The position numbers and the translations under genes were made by a program. A stretch of DNA of 64,000 bases from Macrostomum lignano (taxonomy: Eukaryota): positions 124,001 through 188,000 of the forward strand of contig NIVC01001698.1 in assembly GCA_002269645.1 (NCBI GenBank), given 5' to 3'. Shown piece by piece: positions 58,567-64,000 of this stretch. The notes under the pieces were generated by a model. The model made no database searches. It had not been told where the DNA came from and was given only the letters and a program-made list of their open reading frames with translations. The first letter of the stretch is position 1. Each line of letters starts with the position of its first letter.

Positions 58567-58976
58567 TTCCGGTTCTGGCTTGATTCTTGACGTAGCTTAG
58601 TAATTTTTATACGTGAGAAATGCAGGCCATTAAGGCTTATTTCATAATAAATAAATATTTTGCTAAGTGCTCAGGCACTGCTGCTTCAGGCATCCAGCTT
58701 TGTTACTGACTTCATTTTAATTTAACATATCTGAGAGCTATTTGAGTCTGAGGGGTTTCAAGACTTCTATCAGTTGTTATTTGACGTTTAAAACCCCAAA
58801 TTATATGGAGAAGATCGCCTACTAACGAGTAGCAAGCTAAGCATATGGAGCAAGAAATTTGCTTGCTTATCCGGCACCCATCGTCTTTCGACAGCCTCGC
58901 AGCCCGCAGAATTAAAGCATAGAAGCAGAGATCCGTTGCTGCTTTTTGAAGCCGAACTGCCGGGCGGTTCCGTTTC

Positions 58977-59399
58977 ATGGCGTCCGCCTGGACCTGGATC
59001 CTCTGCATGCTCGCCATCCTGGCCGCCATGGCTGTGCTCACCTGTCTCGTCTTGTGCAGCCTCTGCTCCCGCCACACCCGCCGCCGCCGCCGCCGCCGCC
59101 GTCCGCCAGCTCCGTTCAGCGACTACCAGCCGGACCAGACCGGCCACCTCTACAGTCACGTGATATTCGCGGACCGGACTTACCAGGCCCGGATGGGCGA
59201 GCGGCACAGCCGGATTGCCAATCAGGCGGCGCAGACTGAGCTCGCCGCGCCTCACGTGTCTCAGCTGCACCCCGCCTACCTGCCGCCCGCCTACAGCGAG
59301 ATTGTCGGCGACAGAGGCGGCAGCGGCGGCCATCCAGACGATGACGACCAGCCACCGCCGAACTATGCCGCCGCCGTAGCCGCTGCCGCCAATGTCTGA
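58977..59399 (+). CDS. Small single-pass membrane protein with cytosolic PPxY motifs (140 aa)
   Basis: Hydrophobic N-terminus with a Cys cluster, poly-Arg stop-transfer, LPPAY and PPPNY motifs; GC-rich codons; intronless. Confidence 0.75.
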   Translation: MASAWTWILCMLAILAAMAVLTCLVLCSLCSRHTRRRRRRRRPPAPFSDYQPDQTGHLYSHVIFADRTYQARMGERHSRIANQAAQTELAAPHVSQLHPAYLPPAYSEIVGDRGGSGGHPDDDDQPPPNYAAAVAAAANV

Positions 59400-61363
59400 C
59401 TGCTTGCTCAGTCTCTGTTCTCTAACGAAACTCTGTGCCAACTGCAGCTGTGCTCAAAATCTTTCATTCTCTTGGAATTTAAAGTCTTGGTGCCAGTGGA
59501 GCCGTGATGTGGGGCCCTCTACCTCTCCTGCTCTCCATCGCCTCTCCCTCCTCCCCTCACCCCTTTCTCACTACTCTCCCCTTATCCTTCCAGCGTTTTG
59601 TTCGTTTTGTACTTTTATTTCGTTGCCACAGCCCTATCAATGTCTGCCCCTTTGTCGGTGGTGCTGATGTGTTTAGTTTTTTGTGATTTATTATCGAACA
59701 AGGCTGAGTTGATAGGCGAGCTATCCGATTGTGCATTTTTAATTGAGTTGTCTTCTTAATGCTGATTGTGCCTTTAACCTGTTTATATACCAGTTTATAT
59801 ATGAACCCGACTGTTTCGCGCTGGCTTTAATTCGAACAAATTTATCCAATTTTATTGCAACTATATTACTTTAAGTACTATGTTGAAGGGATTCGCTTCT
59901 AGGTCGATTTTAACAGTGGATTCCCTCCATTCTCCTGCTCTCTATTGCTGTTATGCTACAGTGGATTGTGCTGCATTTCAATTGCTTTGGTTATTGCTGT
60001 CACAGATTGATGCTCAAGTACATCAACTGCACAGACCGTGCTTTCGTGCTGCTTCTCGAGGCACCCCTGAAACTTTGCCAGTAGTGCTTAGTTCGATGCT
60101 TTTCCTCTTTTAGAGCTGCGACTCTGCAATGCCGAATATCTACAGATTCTAATTTAGATTTCTGTACGAGCGTATGTATTCCGTGACCATGAGTTCCGCC
60201 TTTCGAACTACATGTACTTGAAGTACTGGAGGGCGGGGATTCCCCTCCCCTTCTGAAAAGTTTTTGCTGCGCCGGAACAGAGCAACGCAGGCGCACGAAA
60301 TTCAAGAACACGGACTGACTTTTTGTTGCTCATCTTCTCAAGCAAGAATCAAGTCGTCAACCCTGCGGACCGTCGAGGTATTCAACGATTCTGCTAAAAG
60401 GTCGGATTTTTCCCATAAGCGCCAGTGTATTCAGTACACCCCTGTGCGGCAATCAGCACTGCGCCTCAGTGCGGCCTTGCCAAGCCTCCAAATTTATAAG
60501 GTCGACCACGTGTGTCTGCATCAGCTCTGACTTCGTTGGTCGCTGGTATATTCACCCTGTCGGAACTTCTCGACCTTCAACAGGTGACACCAAGTGACCA
60601 TGGAACCCTGTTGCGAATGTTTCTAATGTTTCTGATCAAGCCTCGGCAGTAGGCAAACGATCACCTTTTAAGTTATAGTCTTTCAAGCATTCTGTCATCA
60701 CCCCGACGCCATCGGCACCTTTAAGGGTGACACCAGATAACCACCAGATGGTTAAAATTTGAACTACCAAGGGGTGCCAGTCTGATAAAGTAGATTGAGA
60801 AAGTTTCTGGCAGATTTGCTACGTGCTGATTTCTCTACTAAATTCGCTAAAACACGAGCGTAATGCCAAAAAATTGTCTTGATTAATGTTTAAACAAAAA
60901 CAAGCGATAAAATCGTCATTTTAAGAGCCTACATACGAGTATGCGGTATAATATATCAATGTAAATTTTGAATGGCTATAAGCACAAGTGTCAGTGTATT
61001 TAATGATTGGCAAAAATATGATTCTTAGTACTTCCAGCTGACCCCTGAGCCTAAGTATAACAGCGGCCCTGATCTACATATCACAGTTAAATTTGTAAAA
61101 TGAAAAACAGTTATTAGATATGAAATGTGGATAAATAAAATAAAGCTAAAGCTGTTGTGGCAAAACTTGCAAAAATCTGAGCAACAATTTTTGAGATAAA
61201 ATGGAAGTTAAATTCTATAAAAATAATGGCTTGTAAAAGGCAAAGCTGTGTTAGTACAATGGCACGCAGTTGGATTCACTACTGGGCATTGTGCAATAAG
61301 CTCAGGTTCCTAAAGAGAACATGCGCTTAGACACAGAAAGCATAAGCAAGCAGCTTGATGCAT

Positions 61364-63915
61364 CCCAGTGAAAAATGATTCATGGATTCCACGTGGGTTC
61401 CACGTGGCCATGTGGAATTTAAATGTTTCTTTAATTTTTGCAAATAATTGACTTAAAGATGACATAATGGTATGCAAAGTATTTTTTATGCATTATTTTT
61501 TTATTTTTACTGTCCTAATGTTGATGTGGATTTTACAAGGAATTCATGAGAAATAAGCGTATATTGATTCAACATGGAATCCACTTCGATAAAAAACTGT
61601 GATACACCTTATTTAGACGTTTTTATGAAATTACTAAAATTAATTATTATATTTATATGCTTTTAAGTAAAAATTATTATCTAAAAGCTAAATTATAATC
61701 GGAAAATAAGACACTGTTTGTTAAAATAGACAAAATAGAAGTTAACAATAAAAAACGTTTCGTACGTTTTAAAATTAAATTAATTTTATTTTATATTCGT
61801 CAATGTCTTGGTCCAAGGCCTTGAAAGATAAAGTGCCTTGTTTATGGCTATTTAAGCACCTTAAAAATTTTAGTAGACCTAGCCTATAGGCAATAACTTA
61901 CGAGTATAAGGCCATGGCCTCCATGGGATTAGAAATTAGATAAATCAGTATTTTATCATAGATAGGCCTAATACTTTTGGTAAAATCCATGATAAATTTA
62001 TTTAGGCCTAGGCCCTATCCAATTTCTAGGAATCCCATGGCCATGTCCATAGATTGGCTACTCATTTTTTAACTTAAATAGGCCTTTAGAAGTTCATAAT
62101 TTCCTCTTAGTCCTACCTATCTATTTATATGTATGCTTATTAGGCCTATTTTAAGCTAGGCCTATAACTATCAATTTAGGTCCTTCTATTTTAATTAAGG
62201 TTGGGAGTTGGGACTAGCTTGACTTTGTGAATTGTGACTAGTCAATCTAGTTAATCTGTTAAAAATCTATTAATTTATGATTTTCTTCAAAAAAGCCTAT
62301 TAGCATCTTTTGGACTTGTTGCATTTTTAAAAACAGTATTATTAATTATAATAAATAATTCTGCATTTACACTTGCAACTTGCTTTTGGCATAGCTAGCC
62401 TAGCAGATCCCTAAGGTTGCTATTATAAATAAATAATGATTATTGTAAATTTGATCTGATTTAGGCCAAGTCCAGAATTTAATAGCCATAGGCATAGGGC
62501 ATAGCTATTTAGGCTTAGGCCTAATGTTAAATCATACTAGGCCAGCAAATATAAAAAAACATGCATTGCTTTGCCTAAATACTTTATAGTTTAAAATCAA
62601 TTTTAAAATAAAAAATTAAATTTATAGAAACATAGGAATATTAATTATTTTTGTATTTATTATTTTATTGGTTTATTGATTGACTTAGGTAGGGTTTTCT
62701 TTTTTGCTAGAGACAAAGTGCAAAATTATATCCTATGCTCACTTTCAGGGTTTTATGATTTTAAGGCTTAGAATGCAATTTCTCTTTTTTCTTATATAAA
62801 GGCAGTGCAAATAAGGCTTCAACAGAAAAATAGGTAATGAAATCGCACCTAAACTGTATCCACTTTTTAATTTCAATTTTCAAGGTGCAATTTTAAAATT
62901 TAAGGCGCATATGCACACTTTGCGCTTAAAAAAATAAACCTAGAACTTAGGCCTAGTTAATTTTAAAATAAACTTTATTAAGTATTCATCCTTAAATTAG
63001 TTTTATGAATTATATCAATATAATCTATCAATCTTAATTGGCAACAATTATTTTTCTATTTCATTTCAGCCTAACATTACATGGCCCATCCTCAAACTTG
63101 GATGTCACCTTGGTCTTTCCTTTGAAGAAGCATGCAAAGCTACTTGGAATTTGAATATAATATCTAGAATGCTACCTTTTGTGAAGCAATGGTAAGTTTT
63201 AGTTATAAACTGATTTTTTTCTGTTATCAAAATCTGTTATAAGATCAAAATCTATCAAAATCTATTACAAAATCTATCATCAATCTGTTATAAAATTCTG
63301 TAATTTAACCCCTTTCTTTTCTAAGGTTTCTCACCTGACCTGAAGAAGCAGCATTCTGGCAATTGGCAGCAGCATGTTTCTGACTGTTCTAATTCTGGTG
63401 CATTATATTATTGTTAATTAATTAATGCTATTGACAATGTCAATTTCAAATTATATATTATATCATATGCGCAGCGCAACTTTAAAGATATCAATATCTA
63501 TATCTGTGTGTTTATTCTTTGTGTGCCAGTGACTCACTACTGTATATAAATACACCTTACTTATTGAGACATCCTTTTTGAATATATTTTTGTGCAGAAA
63601 TATTTTTTCGCTATAGCTAGTGTTTTTATCTGTGTTTCAGTTTCTTTTATATGGTATTGAGATCTGGGGTTCATATGAAGTTTTGAGATCTGATATTATT
63701 TTGAGATTTAGGATGCAACAATTTATTATGGCAACCAGTATAATGGCTGTTTACTCAATGACAATGTGGATTCTATGTGAAATACATAATTACTTCCATG
63801 TGGATCTTCCATGTGGAATCCATATCTCAATTCCACATGGATGGACGGAGACAAATGCACATATGGATTTCATATGAAAAATCCACATGGAATCCATATA
63901 CTTTTTTTCACTGGG
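61364..63915. mobile_element. Non-autonomous CACTA/CMC-EnSpm-like DNA transposon (about 2.55 kb)
   Basis: TIR CCCAGTGAAAAA / TTTTTCACTGGG, 2-bp AT TSD on both sides, subterminal CCA(C/T)(A/G)TGG repeats at both ends, AT-rich interior without transposase. Confidence 0.75.
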
Positions 63916-64000
63916 ATGTTGCTTTCAATAATTTGGCAATTCGCGCACAGGTACACCTGTTATATACAAAAACAAATCAGTAATTATTTAACGAAAATCT

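Noticed and set aside
17037-59399. Functional gene cluster (two mitochondrial gene-expression factors; DEG/ENaC plus PPxY adaptor; two lipid enzymes)
   Set aside because: Different strands, separated by transposons, and no evidence of co-regulation; likely coincidental.
1-64000. CRISPR arrays or other prokaryotic systems
   Set aside because: The arrays are head-to-tail minisatellites without unique spacers, there are no cas genes, and the gene structure is spliceosomal eukaryotic.

Overview
This is eukaryotic (animal) genomic DNA with canonical GT-AG introns, GC-rich exons and very dense minisatellites. The style suggests the flatworm Macrostomum, but that is inference only. Host genes: the 3' part of acetyl-CoA carboxylase (+, 9 exons seen, 893-12041); a catalytically degenerate seryl-tRNA-synthetase paralogue resembling SLIMP (-, 19064-17037); a DEG/ENaC channel subunit (-, 31706-22699); an acid sphingomyelinase (-, 12 exons, 41070-33401); a short type II membrane ORF with a neprilysin-like Cys motif (-, 44350-43838); an MTRES1-like S4-domain protein (+, about 57027-58566); and a small PPxY membrane protein (+, 58977-59399). 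Mobile DNA: an intact, apparently very young 9.4-kb Ty3/Gypsy retrotransposon (45737-55184) inserted in a decayed mariner. It has a CAAG TSD, a tRNA-Leu PBS, a -1 frameshift gag-pol, an extra non-env ORF3 and PBS-like copies inside its LTR. Also present are a tRNA-derived SINE with 68-bp flanking direct repeats, a non-autonomous CACTA-like element, a MITE-like hairpin, an RTE-like 3' remnant and a 28S rRNA-like fragment. Nearly every intron over about 250 bp carries its own private tandem repeat, and several of these repeats are built from splice-signal sequence. All exon boundaries and alignments were read by eye and not computed.
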